A stretch of DNA of 64,000 nt from Candidatus Latescibacterota bacterium (GTDB lineage Bacteria > Latescibacterota > UBA2968 > UBA8231): contig OZ242214.1 in assembly GCA_965206595.1 (NCBI GenBank), positions 384,001 through 448,000 of the forward strand. Direction: 5' to 3'. A program made the translations under genes and the position numbers. The stretch's first letter is position 1; the number at the start of each line of letters is the position of its first letter. Positions 8,219 through 18,478 of the stretch are shown piece by piece. The notes under the pieces are model-generated. The model searched no databases, had not been told where the DNA came from, and worked only from the letters and a program-made list of their open reading frames with translations.

Positions 8219-9898
8219 ATGAAGCGGCTGCGCATCACCATCGCCGCGGGGACCGTGGCCGCCGATCTGGCGGACTTCCCGGTGGTCGTCAGGCTGCCGG
8301 GGGCCGCGGCCGCAGCAGGCCTCACCTTCACCGACTCACAGGGCAGGGAGCTTCCGAGCGTCCCGTTCGGAACCCCCGGGGAATCCCTGGTCCGGGTGCT
8401 CCTGCCCGAGGTGACCGCGGCGGCCGACACCGTCTTCTTCGCGGCAGGCGGCGGCAGCGGCTCCGGAGGGTCCGAAGACCCGTTCACCCGGAGCTGCCGG
8501 TTCCCCGTTTCAGAAGAATCCCCGCAGGCGACGGACAAATCGAGCGACGGGAACCGCGGCGGCAGCGCCCTGACCGTCGAGTCCTGGATCCACGCCGGGG
8601 AGTCCCGTGCCGAACAGATGCAGGTGATCGCCTCGCAGTGGCCGCTGGCGGCCGCTCTCGAGCGCTTCGCCACCTACGACGCCGGCGCCACCGACGGCCT
8701 GGAGACGCGGGGGTTCTTCGGGGCGATGTGCGACGGCCGCTACGTCTACTTCTCGCCGCAGTGCAACACCGCGGGGCGCCACGGAACGGCGCTGCGCTAC
8801 GACACCCACGGCGGCTTCGACGACCCGGGAAGCTGGTCGGCGTACGACGCCGGCCGCACCTCGGGGCTCGACACGACCGGGTACTACGGGGTCGCCTGCA
8901 CCGGCCGCTACGTCTACTACGTCCCGGGATACGACGGCGACGGCGGCGGCGGCAGCGGGCTGGTGATCCGCTACGACACCACGGCGCCGTTCGCCGAGGC
9001 GGACAGCTACGAGACCTGGGACGCCGGCGATACCGGCGGCGTGGCCTGCTCCTGCTACGACGGGGCGGTGTTCGACGGCCGCCACGTCTACTACGTCCCC
9101 TACGGCGACAACACCGCGGTGGTCCGCTACGACACCGAGAGCCCGTTCGATGCGGGGGCGAGCTGGGAGTCGCGCGACGTCGCCGGGACCTCCGGCCTGG
9201 ACTGCCGCGGCTTCGACGGCGCCCTGTTCGACGGGCGCTACGTGTACTTCATCCCGTTCTACAATGGGGGGGCCGACGAGAGCGGCTTCCACTGCGAGCT
9301 GCTGCGCTACGACACCAGCATGGACTTCGCCGACGGGGAGGCCTGGAGCGCCGTGGACGGCTCGCTGCTGGCGCCCCCCAATCCCGGCGGCTTCAACGGC
9401 GGCGCCTTCGACGGCCGCTTCCTCTACTTCGCGCCGTGGCGCAAGGACGGGAAGCCGGGCGACCCGACCGGGGACGGTACGATCTTTCCGTACGGACAGG
9501 TGCTGCGCTACGACACCGCCGGCGACGGGGCGCGGTTCCTGCTCAAGTACATGGACTGCGGCCACAACGGCGGCCTCGGGGCCTCGCTGCCCGGCCCAGT
9601 GTTCACCGTCAACACGAAAACCGGTCCGGTGAGCGCGCGCGCCAACTGCAACCCCGGGCCGGGGTGGCATCACGTCGCCGGGGTGTACGACGGCGGGGAG
9701 GCGCGGCTCTACATTGACGGGAGGCTGGTGGGGGCCGCCAGGGGGAAGGGATACCTTGCGGTCAGCGGCGCCGGGGTGCAGGTCGGCGAGCTCGAGGGCT
9801 GCAGCCGCCTCGACGGCGTCGTCGCCCACCTGCGGGTCGAGGAGCGCGTCCGCTCGGGCGCCTGGATCCGCAGGTGGGCGACGACGCCGGGAACATGA
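8219..9898 (+). CDS. LamG-like domain protein with an inserted FDGRYVY-repeat propeller
   Basis: LTVESWI ... WHHVAGVYDG..LYIDG LamG motifs flanking five FDGRYVYxxP repeats; start ATG 8219 inside track ORF 7514..9898. Confidence 0.7.
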   Translation: MKRLRITIAAGTVAADLADFPVVVRLPGAAAAAGLTFTDSQGRELPSVPFGTPGESLVRVLLPEVTAAADTVFFAAGGGSGSGGSEDPFTRSCRFPVSEESPQATDKSSDGNRGGSALTVESWIHAGESRAEQMQVIASQWPLAAALERFATYDAGATDGLETRGFFGAMCDGRYVYFSPQCNTAGRHGTALRYDTHGGFDDPGSWSAYDAGRTSGLDTTGYYGVACTGRYVYYVPGYDGDGGGGSGLVIRYDTTAPFAEADSYETWDAGDTGGVACSCYDGAVFDGRHVYYVPYGDNTAVVRYDTESPFDAGASWESRDVAGTSGLDCRGFDGALFDGRYVYFIPFYNGGADESGFHCELLRYDTSMDFADGEAWSAVDGSLLAPPNPGGFNGGAFDGRFLYFAPWRKDGKPGDPTGDGTIFPYGQVLRYDTAGDGARFLLKYMDCGHNGGLGASLPGPVFTVNTKTGPVSARANCNPGPGWHHVAGVYDGGEARLYIDGRLVGAARGKGYLAVSGAGVQVGELEGCSRLDGVVAHLRVEERVRSGAWIRRWATTPGT

Positions 9899-9944
9899 GG
9901 GCCCCCGACGATTTCGCCCGCGTCAGCGAGGAGGGGTGACGAGC

Positions 9945-10224
9945 GTGTCCGACAAGGTGCGTTACGCCGAGCTGCGGCCGCGGGAGTTCCGCGAGCGCCT
10001 GGCGCAGCGGCCCCTGGCCTTACCTGCCCCTGGGGACCCTGGAAGGGCACGGGGAGCAGCTTCCCCTCGGCAGCGACGCCATCATCAGCGAGGGGGTGTG
10101 GAAGAGCCAGATCGATCACGCCGCCCGCAACAAGACGTCGCTGGTGATGGCCCTGCGTCCCGGGCTCGTCGATCTCGGGGCCCTGGATGCCGACCGCGAG
10201 GCGGGAAACATTCACGCAACGTAA
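9945..10224 (+). pseudogene. Creatininase-family remnant (frameshift plus internal deletion)
   Basis: VRYAELRP..., then after a frameshift YLPLGTLEGHGEQLPLGSD, directly joined to the C-terminal KTSLVMALRPGLVDL. Confidence 0.7.
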
Positions 10225-10251
10225 CCGGACGATACCACAGGAGGTGAACGG

Positions 10252-12753
10252 ATGATAAAGGACTACGAACCGATCGACCTGGCAGGGGTGCGCAACGCCG
10301 GGGCGGACCTTTTCGGCGGCGGGGACTTTCCCGCCGGGGACCGGACCTTCCAGGGGCTGCCGTTCTCCATCGGCGGCAGCGGGGCGGGGCCTGAGAGCTG
10401 CCTGCTGGCCGCCGGGCCCGGGCACGCGACCGAGCCGGTCTCGATACCTGTGGCCAGCTCCGCGCGCTACGTCGTCTTCGCCCACCGCCTGGTGGAATCG
10501 CGGATCTCGGCGGGCGGTCCGGTCGGCGAGGAGGTCGGCTCCTACGTCTTCCACCTCGCCGGCGGCGAGTCCCACGCGGTCCCACTGCGGGAGCGCTTCG
10601 AGATCTGCACGGTGCCGCCGGACGGGGGCTCCCCGTTCCTCGCCTTCCCCGACTGCGGCGACAGGCTGCTGCCGCGCTGGGAGGGCGGCTGGAGCGACGC
10701 GGGGCGGCGCCAGACCGAGGTGGAGCGGGCGACGCCGCGCTGGTTCGTGCTCTGGTGGTGGAAGAACCCCTCCCCGGAGAAGGAGCTGGTGGCGATCGAG
10801 GTGGTCCCCGGGCGGCGGGTCCTCGCCATAGGCGGCATCACCCTCGGCCGCGCCGACGAGGAGCCGGTCTGCCGGCAGGGGTTGCGCGACGTCGTCGTCA
10901 CCCTGCCGCAGGCCGAGGACGCGGAGAAACCGTTCGCTCTCGAGGTCGAGGTCGACCGCGGCGTGGCGACCTACCCGTACCCGCTGCCCGAGATGCCGGC
11001 CGGCGAGTTCGTCGCCGACGACCGCAAGGGATGGGGGGAGCCGCAGAACGAGAAGAGCAGTCCGTCCCAGGTCGAGATCGCCGCCTCGCCGTCGGCGACG
11101 GTGACCGTGAAGCAGGGGGAGGAGACCCTGGGAGAGGTCAACTGGGGGGAGGTGCTCGCCGAGGGCCGGGCGGAGTCCGGTTCGAGAGTTCGCGTCGAGG
11201 TCGTCGACGACGGCCGCAACTGGGTGCACACCCGGGTGATCGACGACGACACCGGGCGGCCGGTCCCCTGCCGCGTCCACTTCCGCTCGCCGCGCGGGGT
11301 GGCCTACGCCCCCCACGGGCACCACGCCCACGTCAACTCCAACAACGGCACCTGGCACTTCGACGTCGGCGGCGACCTGCGCCTCGGCCAGGCTTCCTAC
11401 GCCTACATCGACGGCACCTGCCAGGGCTGGCTGCCGCGCGGGGAGGTGATCGTCGACGTGGCCCGGGGGTTCGAGTACGAGCCGATCCGGCGCAGGCTCG
11501 AGCTGAAACCGGGGCAGCGGGAGCTGGAGCTGCGCCTGAAGCGCTGGTGCCACATGAACGCCGAGGGCTGGTACAGCGGCGACTCCCACGTCCACTTCCT
11601 GTCGGCCCAGGGCAGCCACACCGAGGCCAACGCCGAGGACCTCAACGTCGTCAACATGCTGCAGTCGCAGTGGGGCACCCTGTTCACCGACAAGCAGGAG
11701 TTCACCGGCGCTCCCAGTGTTTCCGACGACGGCAACAGCATCGTCTACGTGTCGCAGGAGAACAGGCAGCACTTCCTCGGCCACCTGATTCTGTGGGGCC
11801 TCAAGGAGCCGGTCATGCCCTGGTGCTCGGACGGCCCCGGGGAGGCGGAGATGGGCGGCACCCTCGAGGTGACCATGTCGGACTGGGCCGACCGCACCCA
11901 CGCCCAGGGAGGGACGGTGGTGATCCCCCACCTGCCGAACCCCAACGGCGAGCCCGCGGCCCTGATCGCCACCGGCAGGGCGGACGCCGTCGAGATGCTG
12001 CGCCACGCCGAGTTCAATCACCACGAGTACTACCGCTACCTCAACTGCGGGTACAAGCTTCCGCTGGTCGGCGGCACCGACAAGATGTCGAGCGACGTGC
12101 CGGTCGGCATCTACCGCACCTACGCCAGGCTCGGCGAAGGGGAGGAGTTCACCTACGACAACTGGTGCCGGGCGGTGGCCGCCGGCCGCACCGTCCACAG
12201 CGGCGGGCCGATGCTGAAGTTCCGCGTCGACGGCCGCGAGATCGGCGACACCGTAGAGCTGCCGGGCAACGGCGGCACCCTGGAGTTCGAGGCCGAGGCC
12301 GAGTGCATCTTCCCCGTCCACTGCCTGCAGGTGGTCCAGGAGGGGCGCGTGGTGGCCGAGGCGTCCGAGCCGAAGGGGGCGCGCCGGCTCACCCTCAGGG
12401 GGAAGGCGGAGATCAGCGGCCACTCCTGGCTGGCGGCGCGGGTCGCCGGCCCGGGGTACCGGTCGGTGCCGCATTACGACGGCTGGGGCCGCGGCATCTT
12501 CGCGCACACCTCACCGGTCTACGTCGCCTGCGGCGGGGAGTGGTGGATGTTCGATCAGGAGACGGCGACCTACATGCTGACCCTGGTCGACGGCTGCATC
12601 GAGTACATCCGCAACACCAGCCGCCAGCACGAGGTGGGGACGGCCACCCACCACCACGGGGAAGCCGATCACGGCGCCTACCTCGAGCGGCCCTTCGCCG
12701 AGGCGCGCGAGGCCATTCACCGGCGCATGCACAAGCTCGGCCTGCCGCACTGA
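10252..12753 (+). CDS. CehA/McbA-type (PHP-like) metallohydrolase domain protein
   Basis: GWYSGDSHVH, YRYLNCG...GGTD, AHTSPVYV. Confidence 0.8.
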   Translation: MIKDYEPIDLAGVRNAGADLFGGGDFPAGDRTFQGLPFSIGGSGAGPESCLLAAGPGHATEPVSIPVASSARYVVFAHRLVESRISAGGPVGEEVGSYVFHLAGGESHAVPLRERFEICTVPPDGGSPFLAFPDCGDRLLPRWEGGWSDAGRRQTEVERATPRWFVLWWWKNPSPEKELVAIEVVPGRRVLAIGGITLGRADEEPVCRQGLRDVVVTLPQAEDAEKPFALEVEVDRGVATYPYPLPEMPAGEFVADDRKGWGEPQNEKSSPSQVEIAASPSATVTVKQGEETLGEVNWGEVLAEGRAESGSRVRVEVVDDGRNWVHTRVIDDDTGRPVPCRVHFRSPRGVAYAPHGHHAHVNSNNGTWHFDVGGDLRLGQASYAYIDGTCQGWLPRGEVIVDVARGFEYEPIRRRLELKPGQRELELRLKRWCHMNAEGWYSGDSHVHFLSAQGSHTEANAEDLNVVNMLQSQWGTLFTDKQEFTGAPSVSDDGNSIVYVSQENRQHFLGHLILWGLKEPVMPWCSDGPGEAEMGGTLEVTMSDWADRTHAQGGTVVIPHLPNPNGEPAALIATGRADAVEMLRHAEFNHHEYYRYLNCGYKLPLVGGTDKMSSDVPVGIYRTYARLGEGEEFTYDNWCRAVAAGRTVHSGGPMLKFRVDGREIGDTVELPGNGGTLEFEAEAECIFPVHCLQVVQEGRVVAEASEPKGARRLTLRGKAEISGHSWLAARVAGPGYRSVPHYDGWGRGIFAHTSPVYVACGGEWWMFDQETATYMLTLVDGCIEYIRNTSRQHEVGTATHHHGEADHGAYLERPFAEAREAIHRRMHKLGLPH

Positions 12754-12773
12754 CCGGGCGGGGCCGGCGCAGC

Positions 12774-13973
12774 TCAAAGGTGCGCCGGGTAGTACCCGTA
12801 CCCCCGCAGGTCGACCTCGTCGCCTGCCCGCGCCCAGGGCAGGGACAGCTCGGAGAACAGGGCCGCTTCCGCGAACGCCTGCAGCACCGCCTCCTTCATT
12901 CCGGGGAAGACGACGGTGCCTTCACGCAGCTGGTGGCCGGGAAGCGCGTGGACCGCGGAGGACTCGAAGCTGCCGCAGGTGCACAGGGTCTGCGCTCTGG
13001 CCACGGCCAGCGGGCAGGGAGGCAGGTCGAGCCCGCCGATGGCGAGGGCGGCCGCCTTTTCCAGCACGTCGGTGACCGCGGCTTCGGGAACCGGCAGCGG
13101 TTCCCGCCCCCCGCCGGACCATTCGATGGCGCCGCCCCCTTCGTACTCGAGAGTGATCGTCGCTTTCTCCGCTTCCAGCACGAAGACGGTGTCGAGCAGC
13201 TCGTCGGTGCAGTGGCTGGCGGCGAAGAGAACCTCGGCCCCTTCGACGGACTGCATGCGCAGGGAGACGGAGTCGGCGCTGTGGATGGCGTTGCAGCGGT
13301 AGAGCTCGGCCCGGATCGACTCCGGGGTCAGCGACTGCCGCGGGCGCTCGCAGCCGAGGTAGCACATGAGGTTGACGGCGTGGGCCATGGCGTTCTGGTG
13401 GGGGGCGTCGAGAACCCAGCGGTCGCCGACGCCGAAGTGCCCTGCCCACTCGTTGCGGCCGTAGTACTCGAGGCTGCGAGGCCAGCTCCCGAACGCCTTG
13501 ACCCTGCGCACCGCCCCGAAGCGGCCGGCGCAGATCCACTCCTTGAGCCGGGCGACGTCGTCGCGGTACAGGTGCTGGTAGCCGACGGTGACCTGCAGTC
13601 CGGACTGCCCGGCGGTGCGGACCATGGCGTCGGTATCCTGGATCGAGCCGGAGGCCGGCTTCTCGACCAGCACGTTGCAGCCGGCCTCGAGGCAGGCGAC
13701 CGTCATCGGCCGGTGCAGGTGGATGCCGGTGGGAATGGTGACGAGGTCGATCTCGTGCCGCTGCGCCGCCAGCATCTGGCGCAGGCTGTTGTACACGGCG
13801 ACGCCGCGCTGGCGCAGGGCGGCGATGTCGGCGGCGAAGGGCCGGTGGTCGAAGGGCGGGGCGACCTGGGCGACCTGGCGGACGGCTCCCTTGCCGTCGA
13901 GTTCGCGCGCCCAGGAGCGGTGGTCCGCGGCGAACCCCCCCATGCCGACGACGGCAACCCTGGGAACCGTCAT
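12774..13973 (-). CDS. Gfo/Idh/MocA family oxidoreductase
   Basis: VAVVGMGGFA, VLVEKP; start at ATG 13973 with a ggag RBS. Confidence 0.88.
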   Translation of the reverse strand: MTVPRVAVVGMGGFAADHRSWARELDGKGAVRQVAQVAPPFDHRPFAADIAALRQRGVAVYNSLRQMLAAQRHEIDLVTIPTGIHLHRPMTVACLEAGCNVLVEKPASGSIQDTDAMVRTAGQSGLQVTVGYQHLYRDDVARLKEWICAGRFGAVRRVKAFGSWPRSLEYYGRNEWAGHFGVGDRWVLDAPHQNAMAHAVNLMCYLGCERPRQSLTPESIRAELYRCNAIHSADSVSLRMQSVEGAEVLFAASHCTDELLDTVFVLEAEKATITLEYEGGGAIEWSGGGREPLPVPEAAVTDVLEKAAALAIGGLDLPPCPLAVARAQTLCTCGSFESSAVHALPGHQLREGTVVFPGMKEAVLQAFAEAALFSELSLPWARAGDEVDLRGYGYYPAHL

Positions 13974-14149
13974 GTTTCCATCTCCGGCAGGAAAGCCGGT
14001 ATCCCGGACCTGGGATATCTCACGCGTGAGGATTCCAAGGGCGCGGCTCCTCCTTTGCGGGTTGGCGTTTGCAGTTGACGAAAGTACGTTGCCGGAAACC
14101 TGAGCAGGGCATCGATTCTCGCGGCGACCGCGAGCAGGAAAGGTCAATA

Positions 14150-15940
14150 ATGTCGGCTGCAGAGCTTTCGAGTCCCAATCCCACGAACCGCCGCGTCGAC
14201 CCCATAGCCTTCGAGGTGATCCGCAACGCCCTGGTGGAGGCGACCGAGGAGATGGCCGTCGCCCTCAGGCGGTCGGCGTACTCGACCAACATCAAGACGC
14301 GGGCGGACTTCTCCTGCGTGCTGTTCGACCGCGACCTGCGGGCGGTGGCCCAGTGCTTCGCCCAGCCCACCCACCTCGGGTCGATGGTCGAGCTGGTGCC
14401 CAAGGCGGTCAGGATGTACGGGGCGGAGAACCTCGGTCCGGGGGACGCCATCCTGACCAACGACGCCCACGCCGGCGGCGTCCACCTCAACGACATCGCC
14501 CTGATCTCTCCGGTCTTCTGCGCCGGCGAGCTGTTCGGGTACGCCGCCAACATCGCCCACCACGTCGACGTCGGCGGCGGCGCCCCGGCCAGCGTCGGCG
14601 CCTTCCAGGAGGTGTTCCAGGAGGGAGTGATCATCCCCGCGATCAAGCTGGTGCGGGCCGGGGAAATCGAGCCCGACCTGTTCCGGCTGGTGCTGGCGCA
14701 GATCCGCTCGAAGCGGGAAACCGCCGGCGACCTGCGCGCCCAGATCGCCGCCAACAACACCGGGATCCGCCGCGTCAACGACCTCGTGGCCCGCGTCGGG
14801 GCGGAGGCAGTGGCGTTCTACACCGGCGAGCTGATCGCCTACACCGAGCGGCGCACGCGCGCCGACCTCGCCCGGCTGCCGAAAGGGGAGTTCCGCGCCG
14901 GGGGCTGCATCGACAACGACGGCTTCGGCGGCGAGCCGGTGGCCCTGGCCGCCCGCATCCTCATCGGGGAAGACGGGGTGCTGTTCGATCTCGAGGGCTG
15001 CGACCCGCAGCGCCGGGCGCCGGTGAACTCGACCTACGCCCAGACCTTCTCGGCCTGCGCCTTCGTGCTCAAGTGCCTGATCGACGACGACGTGCCGGTC
15101 AACGCCGGCTTCTACGGCCAGGTGCGCATGAACGCCCCGGTGGGTACCGTCGCCAACTGCACCGCTCCGGCGGCCGTGGTCGGCGGCTGGGAGACCCAGA
15201 CGAGGCTGATCGACGTGATGTTCAAGGCCCTCGCCCCCGCCCTTCCGCAGCGCATGCCTGCCGGCACCAAGGCGATGCAGTGCCACGCCGGCTTCGGCGG
15301 CACCGACCCGCGCAGCGGCGAGTACTACTGCTACCTCGAGACCTTGGCCGGCGGCTTCGGGGGCCGCGCCGGCAGCGACGGCCCCGACGCCGTGCAGACG
15401 CACGGGCAGAACACGGAGAACGCGCCGATCGAGGAGACGGAGATGAACTACCCGCTGCATGTCGTGCGCTACGAGCTGGTCGAGGACTCCGACGGGGCCG
15501 GCACCTGGCGCGGGGGCCTGGGACTGCGGCGGGACTACCGCTTCTACGGCCACGAGGTCCGCTTCACCGTGCTCGCCGACCGCGACCGCTGGGGGCCTCA
15601 CGGCCTGTTCGGGGGGGAGCCGGGCCGCAAGGCGAGCTACGTGCTCGACCCGGACGGCGAGGCCGCGGAGCTGAGCTCGAAGGTGACCTTCGACCTCGCC
15701 CCGGGGGAGGTGATGAGCTACCGCACCTGCGGCGGAGGCGGGTACGGTCCGCCGCACGAGCGCGATCCGCTGGCGGTGCTCGCCGACGTTCGCGAGGGCA
15801 AGATCTGTCTCGAACGCGCCCGCGAGGTGTACGGCGTTGCCGTCGACACGGAGGGCTGGCGAGTGGACGAGGCGGAGACCGCCAGGCTGCGCGCCGCTGC
15901 CGAAGAAGGGGGGGGACCGTGGCGCATAGACTGGGTATAG
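14150..15940 (+). CDS. Hydantoinase B/oxoprolinase family subunit
   Basis: AYSTNIKTRADFSC, HLGSM, NDAHAGGVHLND, HHVDVGG, GGGGYG. Confidence 0.93.
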   Translation: MSAAELSSPNPTNRRVDPIAFEVIRNALVEATEEMAVALRRSAYSTNIKTRADFSCVLFDRDLRAVAQCFAQPTHLGSMVELVPKAVRMYGAENLGPGDAILTNDAHAGGVHLNDIALISPVFCAGELFGYAANIAHHVDVGGGAPASVGAFQEVFQEGVIIPAIKLVRAGEIEPDLFRLVLAQIRSKRETAGDLRAQIAANNTGIRRVNDLVARVGAEAVAFYTGELIAYTERRTRADLARLPKGEFRAGGCIDNDGFGGEPVALAARILIGEDGVLFDLEGCDPQRRAPVNSTYAQTFSACAFVLKCLIDDDVPVNAGFYGQVRMNAPVGTVANCTAPAAVVGGWETQTRLIDVMFKALAPALPQRMPAGTKAMQCHAGFGGTDPRSGEYYCYLETLAGGFGGRAGSDGPDAVQTHGQNTENAPIEETEMNYPLHVVRYELVEDSDGAGTWRGGLGLRRDYRFYGHEVRFTVLADRDRWGPHGLFGGEPGRKASYVLDPDGEAAELSSKVTFDLAPGEVMSYRTCGGGGYGPPHERDPLAVLADVREGKICLERAREVYGVAVDTEGWRVDEAETARLRAAAEEGGGPWRIDWV

Positions 15941-18006
15941 ACATAGGCGGCACCTTCACCGACGCCAACCTCGTCGACGAGGCGACCGGCGAGGTGCGCA
16001 CCGCCAAGGTCCCGACCACCCCGGGGGACCCGGCCGCCGGATTCAGCGAGGCGGCGCGGCGCATTCTCACCGAGCAGGGGGTCGACGCCGGGGACGTCAC
16101 CTACGTCATGCACGCGACCACCGTAGCGACGAACGCCATCATCGAGGGGAAAGTGGCGTGCACCGGGTTCGTCACCACCGCCGGCTTCCGCGACATGCTG
16201 GAGATCGCGCGCCAGATACGCCCCTCCCTCTACGACCTGCATTTCGAGAAGCCCCGGCCCCTGGTGCCCCGCTACCTCTGCGTCGGCGTGCCGGAGCGGC
16301 TCGGGGCCGGCGGCGAGGTCCTCGAGGCGCTGGACGAGGAGGCGGTCGGGCAGGCGGCGGACCGGCTGCGCCGGGAAGGGGTGGAGGCGATCGCCGTCTG
16401 CTTCCTCCACGCCTACGCCAACCCCGGGCACGAGCGCCGCGCCGGCGAGATCCTGCGGCAGCGCTTTCCCGGGGCCATGGTATCGCTGTCGTCGGAGGTC
16501 GCCCCGGAGTTCCGCGAGTACTTCCGGGCCAGCACCACCGTCATCAACGCCTGCATCCGCCCGGTCGTCGCCGAGTACCTCAGGCGCATCGAGGAGCGCC
16601 TGCGCGCCGCCGGGGTGGCCGCGGAGCTGCTGGTGATGCAGAGCAGCGGCGGGGTGTTCAGTTTCGCCGCGGCGAGGGAGAAGCCGGTGTTCATGGTGGA
16701 GTCCGGCCCGGCCGCGGGGGTGACCGCGGCCGCCTGGCTCGGCAACTCCCTCGGCCGCGGGGAGGTCATCTCCTTCGACATGGGGGGAACCACCGCCAAG
16801 GTCGGACTGATCCGGAACGGCGCCCCGTCGGTGACCAAGGACTACGAGGTCGGAGCGGCCGCCCGCAGCGCCGCCGGGGCCTCGCGGGGAGCGGGATATC
16901 CGATACGGACCCCGGTGATCGACCTGGTGGAGATCGGGGCGGGAGGGGGCTCCATCGCCTGGGTGGACGCCGGCGGAGGACTGAGAGTCGGTCCGCGCAG
17001 CGCCGGGGCCGACCCGGGTCCCGCCTGCTACGGACAGGGGGGCCGCGAGCCCACCCTGACCGACGCCAACCTGCTCCTGGGGCGCCTCAACCCCGGTTAC
17101 TTTCTCGGCGGGGAGATCCCGCTCGACGTCGAGGCGGCGAGGAGTGCCATCGCCGGCGCCTGCGCCGAGCCCCTGGGAATGGACCCGGTCGAGGCCGCCC
17201 ACGGCATCGTCGAGATCGCCAACGCCGCCATGGTCAACGCCCTGCGCCTGGTCTCCATCCAGCGCGGCTGGGACCCCCGGGAGTTCGCCCTCGTCGCCTT
17301 CGGAGGAGCCGGACCCGTGCACGCCTGCCGCCTGGCCGCGGAGATGGAGATACCCCTCACCGTCATCCCCGCGAGCCCGGGCACCTTTTCCGCTACAGGC
17401 CTCCTGGTCACCGATCTCAAGCGGGACTACTCGACGACGCGGATCCAACGCGCCGACCGGCTCGACATCGAGGCGGTCGAGTCGGTGTACGCGGGACTGG
17501 AAGCGCAGGGACGGGAAGCGCTGGAGCGCGAGGGGATTCCTGCCGGGGACACCGGCTACCTGCGCCAGGCGGATATCCGCTACGTCGGGCAGAGCTACGA
17601 GCTGACCCTGCCCCTGCCGGTCGGGAAGCTCGACGAGGCCGCAATCGCCGGCGTGCTGGCCGAGTTCCACCGCGAGCACGACCGGGCCTACGGCTTCAGC
17701 GCCCCGGAGGAACCGGTCGAGTTCGTCGCCCACCGACTGACGGCGACCGGACGCATCGCCAAGCCGAGGCTGCGGGAATGGCAGGGGGGCGGGGAACCAC
17801 CGGGTGCCCGGAAGGAGAGCAGGCCCGTGTACTTCGCCGAAAGCGGGGGATTCGCAGACTGCCCGGTGTACGACCGCTACGGTCTGCGGGCCGGGAGCGT
17901 GGTAGAGGGGCCGTGCGTGGTGGAGGAGAAGGATTCGACGACGGTCATCCATCCGGAGTTCGCCGCCGAGGTCGACGGGTTCGGGAATCTCGTGGTTACC
18001 CGGTGA
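15919..18006 (+). CDS. Hydantoinase A/oxoprolinase family subunit
   Basis: GIDIGGTFTD, ESGPAAG, DMGGTT, GAGGGS, FGGAGP; GTG start at 15919. Confidence 0.93.
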   Translation: MAHRLGIDIGGTFTDANLVDEATGEVRTAKVPTTPGDPAAGFSEAARRILTEQGVDAGDVTYVMHATTVATNAIIEGKVACTGFVTTAGFRDMLEIARQIRPSLYDLHFEKPRPLVPRYLCVGVPERLGAGGEVLEALDEEAVGQAADRLRREGVEAIAVCFLHAYANPGHERRAGEILRQRFPGAMVSLSSEVAPEFREYFRASTTVINACIRPVVAEYLRRIEERLRAAGVAAELLVMQSSGGVFSFAAAREKPVFMVESGPAAGVTAAAWLGNSLGRGEVISFDMGGTTAKVGLIRNGAPSVTKDYEVGAAARSAAGASRGAGYPIRTPVIDLVEIGAGGGSIAWVDAGGGLRVGPRSAGADPGPACYGQGGREPTLTDANLLLGRLNPGYFLGGEIPLDVEAARSAIAGACAEPLGMDPVEAAHGIVEIANAAMVNALRLVSIQRGWDPREFALVAFGGAGPVHACRLAAEMEIPLTVIPASPGTFSATGLLVTDLKRDYSTTRIQRADRLDIEAVESVYAGLEAQGREALEREGIPAGDTGYLRQADIRYVGQSYELTLPLPVGKLDEAAIAGVLAEFHREHDRAYGFSAPEEPVEFVAHRLTATGRIAKPRLREWQGGGEPPGARKESRPVYFAESGGFADCPVYDRYGLRAGSVVEGPCVVEEKDSTTVIHPEFAAEVDGFGNLVVTR

Positions 18007-18021
18007 GTCGGGGCCGCGGGG

Positions 18022-18180
18022 TTACTCCTCGAACAGGCTGGCCTTGATGCGGCCCCAGGAGACGCCTTCGACAGCGGTACCATCGGAGCCGCCGTCTGCT
18101 TCCAGGAGGATTCCTTGAGCCCAAAAATCAGATTGGGAAACATTGGGATCGTCGTACGACGCATTCGGACCAAATAGGTT
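18022..18180 (-). pseudogene. Orphan C-terminal fragment of an SWGxIK-tail secreted protein
   Basis: Translates NLFGPNASYDDPNVSQSDFWAQGILLEADGGSDGTAVEGVSWGRIKASLFEE*; homologous to the adjacent fragment; no start codon. Confidence 0.75.
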
Positions 18181-18182
18181 GG

Positions 18183-18478
18183 CTATTCCGACAGGCTGGC
18201 CTTGATGTGGGCCCAGGTGAGGCTTTCGATCGCGGTGTCATCGGTACGACCGTCTGCGCCCAGAAGAATACCTCGAGCCCACAAGTCAGACTCGAAAAAC
18301 AGTTTGGGGAAATAGTCCTCCAAACTCAGGACGGAAGCATCCGGTCCGAACAGGTCCAGGTACCCCTCCGCCGGGCCAAGGTCCTCGTGGTATTCGTCAT
18401 AATCGGACAATGAGATGGCGAACCCGATTGTCTTGCCGGAGGAAAGATCCGAGACCGCACTTTGCTCCGGGGCATCCA
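18183..18478 (-). pseudogene. 3' fragment of an SWGxIK-tail protein truncated by IS3
   Basis: DLSSGKTIGFAISLSDYD...DDTAIESLTWAHIKASL aligns with the C-terminus of 62980..63945; the 5' side is the IS end. Confidence 0.75.

Noticed and set aside
3029-14078. Very long Arg/Gly/Pro-rich ORFs (e.g. 3029..5659, 9709..12507, 10755..14078)
   Set aside because: Off-frame or antisense shadows of real genes in high-GC DNA
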